39,293 nt of DNA from a virus: the IMG/VR virus record IMGVR_UViG_3300006086_000002, one strand, 5' to 3'. The notes under the pieces were generated by a model. The model saw nothing but the letters and a program-made list of their open reading frames with translations, had not been told where the DNA came from and made no database searches. A program made the position numbers and the translations under genes. The first letter of the stretch is position 1. Each line of letters begins with the position of its first letter. Of the stretch, positions 8,929 to 17,992 are shown piece after piece.

Positions 8929-9740
8929 ATCATCTTCCTGCGCTTGCGGAAACGCAGAGCAAATTGCTTGCGATGCCACAGGCAAGGATTGATGTTGTCC
9001 ATAAGTTTTATCCTGGGCATTACATCCGTGAAATGCGAGCTCCTGCGGGGACCATCGTTCTAGGGGCGATCCACAAGTTTGCGACGCTCAATATCTGCCT
9101 GCAAGGGGCTGGACAGTTCCGTAACGCGGATGGATCTGTCGGGGAAGTGAGGGCTCCGTTTACCTTTGTCAGTCCTCCGGGGCGCAAGGCGATCTTTGTG
9201 ACGCAGGATTTGGTATGGCAGAACGTATGGCAGACGGATCTTATCGACCTTGAGGTAATCGAAGCGTATCTCTTCGAGAAGGACGAGGAACAAAAGCGGG
9301 TGGAGTTCGAGCGGTACGAGCTTGCTTGGGAATCGCATGAGAAGGACCGGCAGGATTACCGGCCCATGCTGGAGAACATCGGGTTATCTGCTGAACGGGT
9401 AACTGAATTGACGGTGAATACCAATGACCAGGTGGGATTGCCTTACGGGGATTACAAATTCCGCTTTGGCGTCTCTCCTATACACGGTGTGGGTACTTTG
9501 GCTACTGCGGATATCGAAGAGGGGGAGATGATCGGGATTGCGCGGATCGGCGTCATGCGCACTCCGCTGGGTCGGTACATGAATCATTCTGTCGCCCCTA
9601 ACGCCATTGGGCGGATGATCGGTTCCAATATCGGGGTTTTTGCGACACGTCGCATTAAAGGCGACGGAAGCACGATTGGAGGGGGAGAAGAGATAACCAT
9701 AGATTACAGGGACGCGGTAAAGCTGTCCCGGGAGCATTGA
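8907..9740 (+). CDS. SET-domain protein lysine methyltransferase fused to an N-terminal domain of unknown function (possibly cupin-like)
   Basis: The C-terminal half has the SET signatures IHGVGTLATADIEEGEMIG (GxG..A), RYMNHSVAPN (NHSxxPN, nt 9581-9589) and GEEITIDY (ELxxDY, Tyr codon 9705-9707). The start is uncertain (8907 or 8973). Confidence 0.8.
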   Translation: MRVVSSVDHLPALAETQSKLLAMPQARIDVVHKFYPGHYIREMRAPAGTIVLGAIHKFATLNICLQGAGQFRNADGSVGEVRAPFTFVSPPGRKAIFVTQDLVWQNVWQTDLIDLEVIEAYLFEKDEEQKRVEFERYELAWESHEKDRQDYRPMLENIGLSAERVTELTVNTNDQVGLPYGDYKFRFGVSPIHGVGTLATADIEEGEMIGIARIGVMRTPLGRYMNHSVAPNAIGRMIGSNIGVFATRRIKGDGSTIGGGEEITIDYRDAVKLSREH

Positions 9741-9741
9741 T

Positions 9742-10533
9742 ATGTCTGCATGGGTAGCTGGTGCTGTAATTGTTGGTGGTGTTGCGGGGGCTGCGATTAG
9801 TTCGGACGCCTCTCGCTCTGCATCGAATAAGCAGGCGGACGCAGCCAAGAATGCGACCAATACGCAACAAGGGATGTTCAATAGCATCCAAGGGAACATG
9901 CAGCCTTTTGTCTCTGGCGGGCAACAGGACTTTAGCCAGCTTCAGCAGTACATGAATGCGGACCAGACCGGAGGCCCTGGTGGAGCCCCGGGACTTCTCC
10001 ATACCTTCGGGCCGCAGGATCTGCAAGCCAACCTTGCCCCGAACTACCAATTCCAGCTTGGGCAGGGAATGGGGATGCTCCAGAACCAGAATGCCGCTAC
10101 GGGCGGGGCTGGGGGCGGGAACGCTTTTGCTGGGGAGCAAGCCTTTGCGCAGAACACGGCTGCGAGCGCGTACCAGAACGCTTATAACAACTACCAGAAC
10201 AACCAGAACGCCATTTATAGCCGACTTGGCAACCTCGCCCAGCTTGGACAGGCATCGGGCACGAACACGGCTCTGGGGGGCTCTGCGTTCGGCCAGGGGA
10301 TATCCAATACGATGGTCGGGCTTGGGAATGCGCAGGCTGCGGGGATCATGGGGCAGGCGAACGCCTATGGGCAGGGTCTGAACTCGATTACCTCGGGATT
10401 CATGTACGGGAATATGTCTCCTAGCGCCAACAGCCTGAATTACAACGGCGCTACGCCATATGGGATTCAGACCAGCGCCAGCGGCACGCTTCCCTCGCAG
10501 GATATTTACGCCAACATGGGAGCAATCGGATGA
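9742..10533 (+). CDS. Putative internal virion/ejection protein (P22 gp7 position), N-terminal TM, Q/N/G-rich
   Basis: 263 aa. The N-terminus WVAGAVIVGGVAGAAI is hydrophobic and the composition is low-complexity Q/N/G. The call rests on synteny with the P22 gp7-gp20-gp16 trio. Confidence 0.6.
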   Translation: MSAWVAGAVIVGGVAGAAISSDASRSASNKQADAAKNATNTQQGMFNSIQGNMQPFVSGGQQDFSQLQQYMNADQTGGPGGAPGLLHTFGPQDLQANLAPNYQFQLGQGMGMLQNQNAATGGAGGGNAFAGEQAFAQNTAASAYQNAYNNYQNNQNAIYSRLGNLAQLGQASGTNTALGGSAFGQGISNTMVGLGNAQAAGIMGQANAYGQGLNSITSGFMYGNMSPSANSLNYNGATPYGIQTSASGTLPSQDIYANMGAIG

Positions 10534-12002
10534 CCGTCTCCAATGTCGCAGTAGGCAATGCCCCGGTTCCATTTACCACGCAACTGGGGAACATGGTTTC
10601 CTTGCAACAGGGAATGCAGGATCTACAAAAGGGATCCATTTCGCTCCAGGCGCAGCAACAGGCCAACCAAGAGCGGCAGAACGTCATCCAGTTGACGCAG
10701 AACGATCCGGACTTCAAGCCGGGGCCGGATGGCATCGTGGATATGTCCAAGGTCATGCCAAAGCTCATGCAGGCCGCTCCGCAGACCTATGCCCAATATG
10801 CGCAGAACTTGAATACGGTCAACAACGGGGCGGCGAATACCAATGGCACGCTGATTGCGCTCGGTGGCGACCGGCTCAATGCAATGAGCGATGTAGCCAC
10901 ATCCGTCAATCATCCGGGAGTAACTGCGTCTGAAGTAATCGATACGATGACGGATTACAAGAAAGCAAACCCGCAGTCTGCTGGCGTGATCGATCAGTTC
11001 CTCGCAAGGGTTCCCGGCATGAACGAGGAGCAATTGCGCGGCGCTCTTTCTCATATTTCGCTACGCTCTAAGACCCTGGCAGAGCAGCAAGCGGCGCAGA
11101 ATGCTGGCGCTACGCCAGTCAATAGCGGAGGGCAAACGCAATTTGTCGCAACGCCCGGGAATATCAATGGGACTGCGCCAGGCACAAAGCTCGGCGTCCC
11201 GATTACGAACACGATTACTCCGGGAGAGCGCGAGAAACTTGTAACTGACCCCGTGTCTGGGCAGACAGTCATTGCTCACCTTGATGACAATGGGAACATT
11301 GTTTCCTCTCGCGCAGCAGCCGGAGGACAAGGAAACGGCACCGGGAGGCCAAACACAGGATTCCAAGCTATTCCTCCCGGGGAATCTGTTGCTTCTGGGC
11401 AACAGTTTCAATCAATCCGGGAGCAATCAAATGCTGCGGTGCAGCCAGCGCGCACGGCATCTTTCAATAACAAGCAGATTCTCGGGCTTCTCAATTCCGG
11501 CACCACTACGGGGCAGGGAGCGGAAACGGCCAAAAAGGTCTTTGGTTCGCTTGGTCTTGAATGGAGCAATGACGAGGGCAAGAATCTTGCCACGATGCAG
11601 CATTATCTAGCTCAGAACCAGATCGCGGCAGAGCAAACCATGGGGGTTCGCCATACTGATGCTGGGGGGCAGGAGGCTGGCGCTGTAACTGGGAATATCT
11701 CGATCCCGACCGAGGCTCTAAAAGGCATCGTAAAGACAAATGATGCCTTCTCTACGGCAATTCCTCTTTACAATCAAGGGATGGAGGCGGCAATCAAAAA
11801 GGGCGGATCTGTCTATGCCATTCGGCAATTTCGCAATGAATGGTCGCAAAACTTTGATCCGAACGTTTTCCGCTATCAGAACGCAATCCGCAATGGAGAC
11901 GCAGCAGAAAAGGCTGCAATCGAGCGCAGGTCGGACTTTCCGCAGATCATGCAACATGCTGCGGTGCTGCATAACCTGATTACGAATGGCGCTGCACAAT
12001 GA
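10530..12002 (+). CDS. Putative internal virion/ejection protein (P22 gp20 position)
   Basis: 490 aa with ATGA overlaps on both sides. Size and order match the P22 ejection protein set. Confidence 0.6.
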   Translation: MTVSNVAVGNAPVPFTTQLGNMVSLQQGMQDLQKGSISLQAQQQANQERQNVIQLTQNDPDFKPGPDGIVDMSKVMPKLMQAAPQTYAQYAQNLNTVNNGAANTNGTLIALGGDRLNAMSDVATSVNHPGVTASEVIDTMTDYKKANPQSAGVIDQFLARVPGMNEEQLRGALSHISLRSKTLAEQQAAQNAGATPVNSGGQTQFVATPGNINGTAPGTKLGVPITNTITPGEREKLVTDPVSGQTVIAHLDDNGNIVSSRAAAGGQGNGTGRPNTGFQAIPPGESVASGQQFQSIREQSNAAVQPARTASFNNKQILGLLNSGTTTGQGAETAKKVFGSLGLEWSNDEGKNLATMQHYLAQNQIAAEQTMGVRHTDAGGQEAGAVTGNISIPTEALKGIVKTNDAFSTAIPLYNQGMEAAIKKGGSVYAIRQFRNEWSQNFDPNVFRYQNAIRNGDAAEKAAIERRSDFPQIMQHAAVLHNLITNGAAQ

Positions 12003-13981
12003 GCGGACTGGATGACGTTCTAGCCGCTGGAAGTACGGCCCTAAAGGGCGCGCCGCCTTCGCCGCCGCAAGATGGGCTGGCGGATGTTTTGGCGGCTGGA
12101 AGCGTTGCAAAGCCTACACCTGAATCGCCTGTAACAAATAATGCAAGTCCCTCCTGGTTCAATTCCAATACAATCGAAGGGCGGGCAGCGAGAGGATTTA
12201 CAGGGCTTGCGGAAGGCGCTGCGAATTATGCAACCGGCCTTTATGGAACAATCGCAGGAGGCATTAGTGGCGCTGCCGATCTTGCTATCCAAAGAGTTCG
12301 CACCGGAGAATGGCATCCTGATTGGGCGGCAAAAACATCAGAGGACGTAAGAAATGCGCTCACCTATGTCCCACGCACCGATGTTGGAGCGGCTGGCGCT
12401 GCTCTTCCTAATCGCGCTCTTGAGGCCGCTACGAATGTTGAGAAATCCGCGTTTCCTAGCGAAGCTCCGATTGTTACCCATCCTGGCGAAGTCTTGGGCG
12501 AATGGGGCAACGAGCGCGCTGGCCCTCTTGCTGGCGCTTTGTTATCCGCCGCTCCTTCTGCCCTTGGTGTTGCGCTGGGCGCAAGGAAACCAACCGAAGG
12601 GACTGCGCCAATTGAGCGACCGGGAGTATCTAATCCTGCTCCAGAAGTCGCACGGCCTGTACCAAACGGGCCTGACATGGGGGGACGAGTTACACCAGCC
12701 CCTTCCCTGGCACAAACGACTCCTGAAACGCAAGCCGCAGTAGCGCAGGTTGCGCAATCTGGTGGCATCCAGAATCCCGCTGCTCTAGGTCGCATCACCG
12801 AGGCAGATTCTCTTCCGGTTCCCATCAAGTTGACTACGGGGCAGGCGACGCAGGACGTTCGCCTCATGTCGCATGAGTTAAACACTCGCGGCGCGATCCC
12901 CGGAATGGCGGAACGGTTCAATGACCAGAATACGCAACTTGTCCAGAACTTAGGCGCGATCAGGAATAACGCCGCAGAAGGCGTAACGGCTACTTCAGCC
13001 CCCGATGTAGGGCAGGGGATTATCGACTCCTACCTGCGCAAAGATGCCCCCATTGCAGCGGATATCCGCGCTAAATACAAGGCGCTTGAAGATGCCAATG
13101 GCGGGGCGATGCCAGTTGCCGGAACGGACTTCGTTTCTGCTGCCGACGCAGCCCTAGCAAAGAACATGAAAACTCGCTATGTCCCGCCAGAGATTCGCGG
13201 GGTAATGGACGACGTTAAGTCCTCTGAGAATATGACCTTCGAACAATTCGAGACTTTGCGCACAGACCTGGCCGCTGCGCAGCGAAAAGCTAATCGCGCC
13301 GGTGACGGTAATGCTTCCATGGCGATAGGCACCGTCCGAGACTCACTAGAAAGCCTTCCAATGACCGGGGGCACGGCGGAACTAAAGGCTCTGGCAGACC
13401 AGGCGCGGAGCGCAGCCAAGGCTCGCTTTGACGCCATGCGGGCGGATCCTGCATATGACGCAGCGGTAAACGGCACCGTGGACCCTGACAAGTTTGTGCA
13501 GAAATTCGTCATCGGCGGGAGCCGTAGCGATGTTGCCGCGATGCGCGCAAATCTTGATTCCCTGGGACAGCAACATATGGCGGCTGGAGCCATGGATTAC
13601 CTATCACAACGCGCTGGCGTTCTAAATGGACAAGGGAACTTCTCGCAAGCGGGATTCAATAGAGCTATCTACGGACAGAATGGGCTTGCACCGAAGCTGA
13701 CGCAAATATTTGATCCGCAGACGGCGCAGCATGTTGAATCGCTGGCGAATGTCTCCCGCTACACGCAGGCGCAGCCTAGAGGTTCGTTCGTGAATAACTC
13801 AAATACACTTGTCGGCCACCTTGCCGAAAATGCCAAAAACAGCGCGGAAGGGGCAGCAAACGTCTTCGCTGGCGGCGTTCCCGTTGGAACATGGGCTCGC
13901 AAGGCGATAGAGAAAATACAAGTCAATAGGCAGGCAAAGAAATCCCTTAATCTTGCCGAAGCCTTGAAGATGAAGCAATGA
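11999..13981 (+). CDS. Putative internal virion/ejection protein (P22 gp16 position)
   Basis: 660 aa, translationally coupled. Size and order match the P22 ejection protein set. Confidence 0.6.
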   Translation: MSGLDDVLAAGSTALKGAPPSPPQDGLADVLAAGSVAKPTPESPVTNNASPSWFNSNTIEGRAARGFTGLAEGAANYATGLYGTIAGGISGAADLAIQRVRTGEWHPDWAAKTSEDVRNALTYVPRTDVGAAGAALPNRALEAATNVEKSAFPSEAPIVTHPGEVLGEWGNERAGPLAGALLSAAPSALGVALGARKPTEGTAPIERPGVSNPAPEVARPVPNGPDMGGRVTPAPSLAQTTPETQAAVAQVAQSGGIQNPAALGRITEADSLPVPIKLTTGQATQDVRLMSHELNTRGAIPGMAERFNDQNTQLVQNLGAIRNNAAEGVTATSAPDVGQGIIDSYLRKDAPIAADIRAKYKALEDANGGAMPVAGTDFVSAADAALAKNMKTRYVPPEIRGVMDDVKSSENMTFEQFETLRTDLAAAQRKANRAGDGNASMAIGTVRDSLESLPMTGGTAELKALADQARSAAKARFDAMRADPAYDAAVNGTVDPDKFVQKFVIGGSRSDVAAMRANLDSLGQQHMAAGAMDYLSQRAGVLNGQGNFSQAGFNRAIYGQNGLAPKLTQIFDPQTAQHVESLANVSRYTQAQPRGSFVNNSNTLVGHLAENAKNSAEGAANVFAGGVPVGTWARKAIEKIQVNRQAKKSLNLAEALKMKQ

Positions 13982-15144
13982 GCGCCTACAACCTCGCTCC
14001 CATTGCTAATTTCTTCAGCATCTTTGGCGGCAATACCGCTGGATCTGCTTCGAACGTTCCCCTTGCTGGCGGCACGATTAGCACCTTTGCTGCTGGATCC
14101 TCAACGCCGCTTCAGACCTACAAGGATAACCTAGGAGTCACCGGCTGGGGAACCGTCATCACCCTGGATTCTACCGGTCGGGTTCCAGGTGAAATCTGGT
14201 TCCCGGCTGGGCAGGGATACAAGTTTACGCTCAAGGATGCGAGTGGGAACGTCATTTCGACCAGTGACAATCTGGTTGGTGTCAATGATATTCAAACTGT
14301 TGCTTCAGCAGAATGGATTGCTAGCGGCTCCGTTCCGACTTACGGAGGCGCATCGCAATTCTCTACCACTGGAAATTCTACATCCACATTCAAGCAAGGT
14401 CGCAGGATCCAGGCGACGGTTACTGCCGGGACTGTATACGGAACGGTGGTAAGCAGCACGTTTGGAACAGCCACTACGGTTGTTCTCGATATGGATGTGG
14501 GGCAGGCGCTTGATAGCGGGCTTACTGCTGTCAACGTTGGATTGCTTGGAACTACTGGCATTGGCGTCAGTGTTCCGATGTATTGGCAGAACGACCTAAC
14601 ATTAAGGAACCTTACTGCTAATGGAGTAACAGTAGGGCCTGGTGGCGCTACTTTCAGCGGAGGAATAATTGTATCTGCCGGAAGCATTTCAGCGCCTTCC
14701 GCTTCAATTCCAATTATCAGCGCAGCTACGCAGGTTTCCACGGCGGCGCTTCTTGCCACATCTGCCGCAGTCAGCGGTCCTGTGTCTGGAACTACAGGAA
14801 CATTTACCGGGGCGGTAACCGCTGCCAACGGAGCAACTGGGACGCAGGTTGTAAATATCTCGCAGTTTATTCCTACTGGAACCACGTCGGGATATGTGAC
14901 GCTGCCAGGAGGATTGATGTTCCAATGGGGATCTGGAACGGCGACGAACAACTCAGGATCTACAATCACGTTTCCAACGTCCTTTCCGACCGCATGTTGG
15001 CACGTTTATGTAACCGCTACAAACACCGGCATTCCGGGAACGAATGAAGTATTCGAGGTCGGTTCATTGACCACAACACAATTTACCTGCTGGGCATCGA
15101 ACGCCGCGACCCGGACGGTGGGTTTCTTCGCAATTGGCAACTAA
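13978..15144 (+). CDS. Tail fibre protein 1 (shared N-terminal anchor domain; C-terminal gp53-like tail-fibre domain)
   Basis: The N-terminus FGGNTAGSASNVPLAGGTISTFAAGSSTPLQTYKD...ITLDSTGRVPGEIW...YKFTLKDASGNVI is a typical phage fibre/spike N-terminal domain. The C-terminus GYVTLPGGLMFQWGSG...TFPTSFPTACWHV is typical of a fibre C-terminal domain. Confidence 0.8.
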   Translation: MSAYNLAPIANFFSIFGGNTAGSASNVPLAGGTISTFAAGSSTPLQTYKDNLGVTGWGTVITLDSTGRVPGEIWFPAGQGYKFTLKDASGNVISTSDNLVGVNDIQTVASAEWIASGSVPTYGGASQFSTTGNSTSTFKQGRRIQATVTAGTVYGTVVSSTFGTATTVVLDMDVGQALDSGLTAVNVGLLGTTGIGVSVPMYWQNDLTLRNLTANGVTVGPGGATFSGGIIVSAGSISAPSASIPIISAATQVSTAALLATSAAVSGPVSGTTGTFTGAVTAANGATGTQVVNISQFIPTGTTSGYVTLPGGLMFQWGSGTATNNSGSTITFPTSFPTACWHVYVTATNTGIPGTNEVFEVGSLTTTQFTCWASNAATRTVGFFAIGN

Positions 15145-16944
15145 ATGTCCCTCGTCCTAGCCCCTCTCGTTGAGCATCAATTCTTTGGTGGCAATACCGC
15201 CAACTCTGCCTCCAACGTCCCGCTTGCTGGCGGCCTGCTGGCGATCTATGCGGCTGGAACTTCAACGCCAGTTACCACATGGACGACATCAGCAGGATCT
15301 GTAGCCAATTCCAATCCGCTGACGCTGGATTCCACTGGAAGGCTTCCTAACGAGGTTTGGTGGACTGCTGGCTCATCCTACAAGCTCGTATTGATGGATG
15401 CGCTATCCAATCCCATCCCTGGAGCGTCGTGGGATAACGTTCCCGGATTGAGCGACCCTGTTGCCGCAGGACTCACCGCCTCCACCATCCCCTACACCCC
15501 TCCTGGCACGGGAGCGGTTGCGACTACGGTTGCGGCGGAACTCTCCCATGGATGGGTTTCTGTTTTTGATTGGTTTACTCCAGCACAAATATCAGATGTT
15601 CAGGCGCGAACGTTGACTCAAGACGTAACGTCGGCAGTACAGGCTGCAATAAATTCATTTACCCTGTTTTCATATCCCCTTGGGGGGTGGACGCTTTATT
15701 TTCCCCCAGGAACTTACAAGATAACATCTTCTCTTGTGATCAGCATCAACGCTTTCCAATGGAGACTCACTGGATCATGGGGGGCAAGATTGCAGATGAG
15801 CGGATCGTCTTTCGATCTTCTAACATTTGGGGCGCAGACACCTAGTTCTATCGTTACAGTATATAACGGAGTCGTTGACAATCTTGGGTTTGATGGTGGC
15901 TCGATAATCGGCACTGGCAACCTAATAAATACACAATATGCAAGTTCAACGCAATTCCGTGACCTGCTATTGACTAATCTTTGCACAAACGGGGATGGCA
16001 TTCATATTATCGGAAACGGATCTGTTTATACGCACGACATTCTTTGTAGCAATATTTATTACAACTCTACTACTGGCAATAGAGTAATTTATGCTGGACC
16101 AACTTGTTCAGATAGTGTGTTTGACAGGGTCAAGGGGAATGGTCAATTCGGATGCAAATATGGAATTTATTTTGATGCCGGATCGGCCCATTGCCACGTA
16201 TCAAATTCCCACCCCTACGGGCACTCACTGAACGCATGTTATGTGGGGGCAAATTCTTCAGCGCACTGGTTTATAGATTGCAGATTTGAAAATGGAACGC
16301 AAGATTCCGTTCAACTTAACGGAGCGACGAACTGTAGTTTCTCCGGGTGCATGTTTACTTATGCTCCAGCTACATATTCTGATCTTTTGTTGACCAATTC
16401 AGTTGGCAACAGGTTTGTAAATTCCACTTTTACTGCCACCCCATCAGTAACTCAAAACGCAATTAAAGAAACTGGGACATCAAACAATAATGCGTTTAAT
16501 GGGTTTTTAACCGAGGGATCTTTTGTTGGATCTCCTCCGTTTGTCCTTGTCGGATCAACTTCCGCTATTAGGTCAAGCGGAACAGACCTTACTGTAAGCG
16601 GATCATATTCTATTACCGCTGGATCTACGGCATATATCGGAAACGGGCCAGGAAATTCTACCGAAGCCTCAGCGCAAGTTCCATGTATTCTCGGTGGATA
16701 TGTAACACAAATGATCGTGCAATGTTCTGCTGCTCCAGGAGCGGGACAAAGTTTTACTGCAACCGTTCGAGTCAATGGCGTTAGTACCGGAATGGTCGCC
16801 ACGATTTCTGGGGCGTCTTCTTTTTCCACGCAAGTCATTGGCGTGATATTTGTTGCCGCGCAACAGGTGGTTGATGTGCAAATTGTGGCTTCCGCTGGAG
16901 CAGCCGCCTCTACGATAAGAACGACAATGATCGTTAATCAATAA
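15145..16944 (+). CDS. Tailspike protein 2 (same N-terminal anchor; probable right-handed beta-helix/pectate-lyase-like depolymerase body)
   Basis: The N-terminus FGGNTANSASNVPLAGGLLAIYAAGTSTPVTTW...LTLDSTGRLPNEVW...YKLVLMDALSNPI is paralogous to 13978..15144. It continues with VFDWFTPAQISDVQARTLTQDVTSAVQAAINSF...LYFPPGTYKITSSLVI and repetitive N/G/S/T-rich strands. Confidence 0.8.
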   Translation: MSLVLAPLVEHQFFGGNTANSASNVPLAGGLLAIYAAGTSTPVTTWTTSAGSVANSNPLTLDSTGRLPNEVWWTAGSSYKLVLMDALSNPIPGASWDNVPGLSDPVAAGLTASTIPYTPPGTGAVATTVAAELSHGWVSVFDWFTPAQISDVQARTLTQDVTSAVQAAINSFTLFSYPLGGWTLYFPPGTYKITSSLVISINAFQWRLTGSWGARLQMSGSSFDLLTFGAQTPSSIVTVYNGVVDNLGFDGGSIIGTGNLINTQYASSTQFRDLLLTNLCTNGDGIHIIGNGSVYTHDILCSNIYYNSTTGNRVIYAGPTCSDSVFDRVKGNGQFGCKYGIYFDAGSAHCHVSNSHPYGHSLNACYVGANSSAHWFIDCRFENGTQDSVQLNGATNCSFSGCMFTYAPATYSDLLLTNSVGNRFVNSTFTATPSVTQNAIKETGTSNNNAFNGFLTEGSFVGSPPFVLVGSTSAIRSSGTDLTVSGSYSITAGSTAYIGNGPGNSTEASAQVPCILGGYVTQMIVQCSAAPGAGQSFTATVRVNGVSTGMVATISGASSFSTQVIGVIFVAAQQVVDVQIVASAGAAASTIRTTMIVNQ

Positions 16945-16958
16945 CGGAGAGGGGAAAC

Positions 16959-17060
16959 ATGATTATTTATGAAAACGGCTTTGCTGTAGCTATCGAGGAA
17001 AACGGGATTGTCATTCCATTGACAATTCCCATCAAACAGGAATTTGTTCCAGAGGAATAG
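16959..17060 (+). CDS. Possible small ORF (33 aa)
   Basis: RBS GGAGAGGGG lies 5 nt upstream of the ATG. The product is MIIYENGFAVAIEENGIVIPLTIPIKQEFVPEE and the ORF fills the gap before 17063. It is too short to verify. Confidence 0.3.
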   Translation: MIIYENGFAVAIEENGIVIPLTIPIKQEFVPEE

Positions 17061-17062
17061 AC

Positions 17063-17308
17063 ATGAGCGATTCATCGGATTTCATTGTTGGCGAGGTCAG
17101 GGGCCAGCTTGTCGGTATCAAAGAGTCCGTTGATCGCATCGAACGACGCTTCGAGTCCATGTCGGAGAAGGTGGACGAGGTTGAGAAAAAGGTCGAGTCC
17201 ATGGAAACGAACGTAAAACTTGGCTGGAAGGTCCTGTCCGTCATTGGCCTGGCTGCTGGTGCTGGCGGGGCTGGGGCCAAGCATCTCTTAGAGCAGTTCT
17301 ACAAATGA
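17063..17308 (+). CDS. XhlA-like / holin-associated membrane protein (coiled coil + C-terminal TM)
   Basis: 81 aa. A charged heptad region (ESVDRIERRFESMSEKVDEVEKKVESMETN) is followed by the TM segment WKVLSVIGLAAGAGGAGA. There is an ATGA overlap with the endolysin gene. Confidence 0.5.
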   Translation: MSDSSDFIVGEVRGQLVGIKESVDRIERRFESMSEKVDEVEKKVESMETNVKLGWKVLSVIGLAAGAGGAGAKHLLEQFYK

Positions 17309-17733
17309 ACCTCGAAGACCAGCTTCGCCGGGACGAGGGCGTGCGGTATGACGCCTACAAGGACACGCTCGGCAACTGGACTACCGGCGTAGGCCACCTG
17401 ATCCAATCCAACGAACAATGGATGATTGCCGCGCACCTGACGGACGATCAGGTAAACCAAATCCTCGACGCAGATATCGCCATTGCTCAAGCCGGGTGCC
17501 TGCGGTATCCCTGGCATGACAAGCTGGACCCGGTTCGTCAGGCAGCGGTAACCAATATCGTATTTAATATGGGGATCGGCAACTTCGCGGAGTTCCACAA
17601 TACGATTGCCTGCCTCTCATCAGGGGATTGGAAGGGCGCCCACGACGGGCTGTTAAAATCGCTATGGGCATCCCAGGTGGGACAAAGGGCGATCCGGCTG
17701 GCGACGCAGATCCTTACGGGCGAGTGGCAGTAA
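17305..17733 (+). CDS. Endolysin, T4-type lysozyme (GH24)
   Basis: LRRDEGVRYDAYKDTLGNWTTGVGHLI matches the T4 lysozyme catalytic region [27 protein letters not shown] (E, D and T triad positions). Confidence 0.9.
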   Translation: MNLEDQLRRDEGVRYDAYKDTLGNWTTGVGHLIQSNEQWMIAAHLTDDQVNQILDADIAIAQAGCLRYPWHDKLDPVRQAAVTNIVFNMGIGNFAEFHNTIACLSSGDWKGAHDGLLKSLWASQVGQRAIRLATQILTGEWQ

Positions 17734-17755
17734 CATATTCCTTGCGAGGAACGCT

Positions 17756-17992
17756 ATGGCAATAAAGGATACGTTACGTGCGACCTTCACCGATAAGGAC
17801 GGAGCGTTCAGCATCCCTGAATTATCCGCGACTGGCGCTGCTTTGCTTGGTCTTGTTACTTCTGGTTGGGATTACTTTTATCGCGGTCATTCTCTCGATC
17901 TTCAGGCTCTTGGGATCGGCACTGGTGCGCTTGTCGCGGCTTTGGGAGTAGCCCAAAGGATACGCGACGGATTATTCCGGGAGGACCATTGA
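17756..17992 (+). CDS. Putative holin (two TM segments)
   Basis: 78 aa with two hydrophobic segments (ATGAALLGLVTSGW and LGIGTGALVAALGVA) and a charged C-terminus. It lies between the endolysin and the spanins. Confidence 0.6.
   Translation: MAIKDTLRATFTDKDGAFSIPELSATGAALLGLVTSGWDYFYRGHSLDLQALGIGTGALVAALGVAQRIRDGLFREDH

Noticed and set aside
9655-10572. Long antisense ORFs inside structural genes (this 305-aa one, plus 35388..36155, 37155..37883, 38100..38747, 12364..12921, 14340..14969 and others)
   Set aside because: All lie opposite strongly supported, translationally coupled genes. They have the Arg/Gly/Pro-rich composition typical of antisense frames in G+C-rich coding DNA, and they lack RBSs.
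16117-16132. TTGACAGGGTCAAG inside the tailspike gene, and other isolated TTGACA hexamers (921, 15884, 17025, 30044, 39035), considered as extra copies of the early operator/promoter
   Set aside because: The palindrome spacing differs (3 nt, imperfect arm). No TACTNT -10 follows at 17 nt, and all lie within coding sequence.
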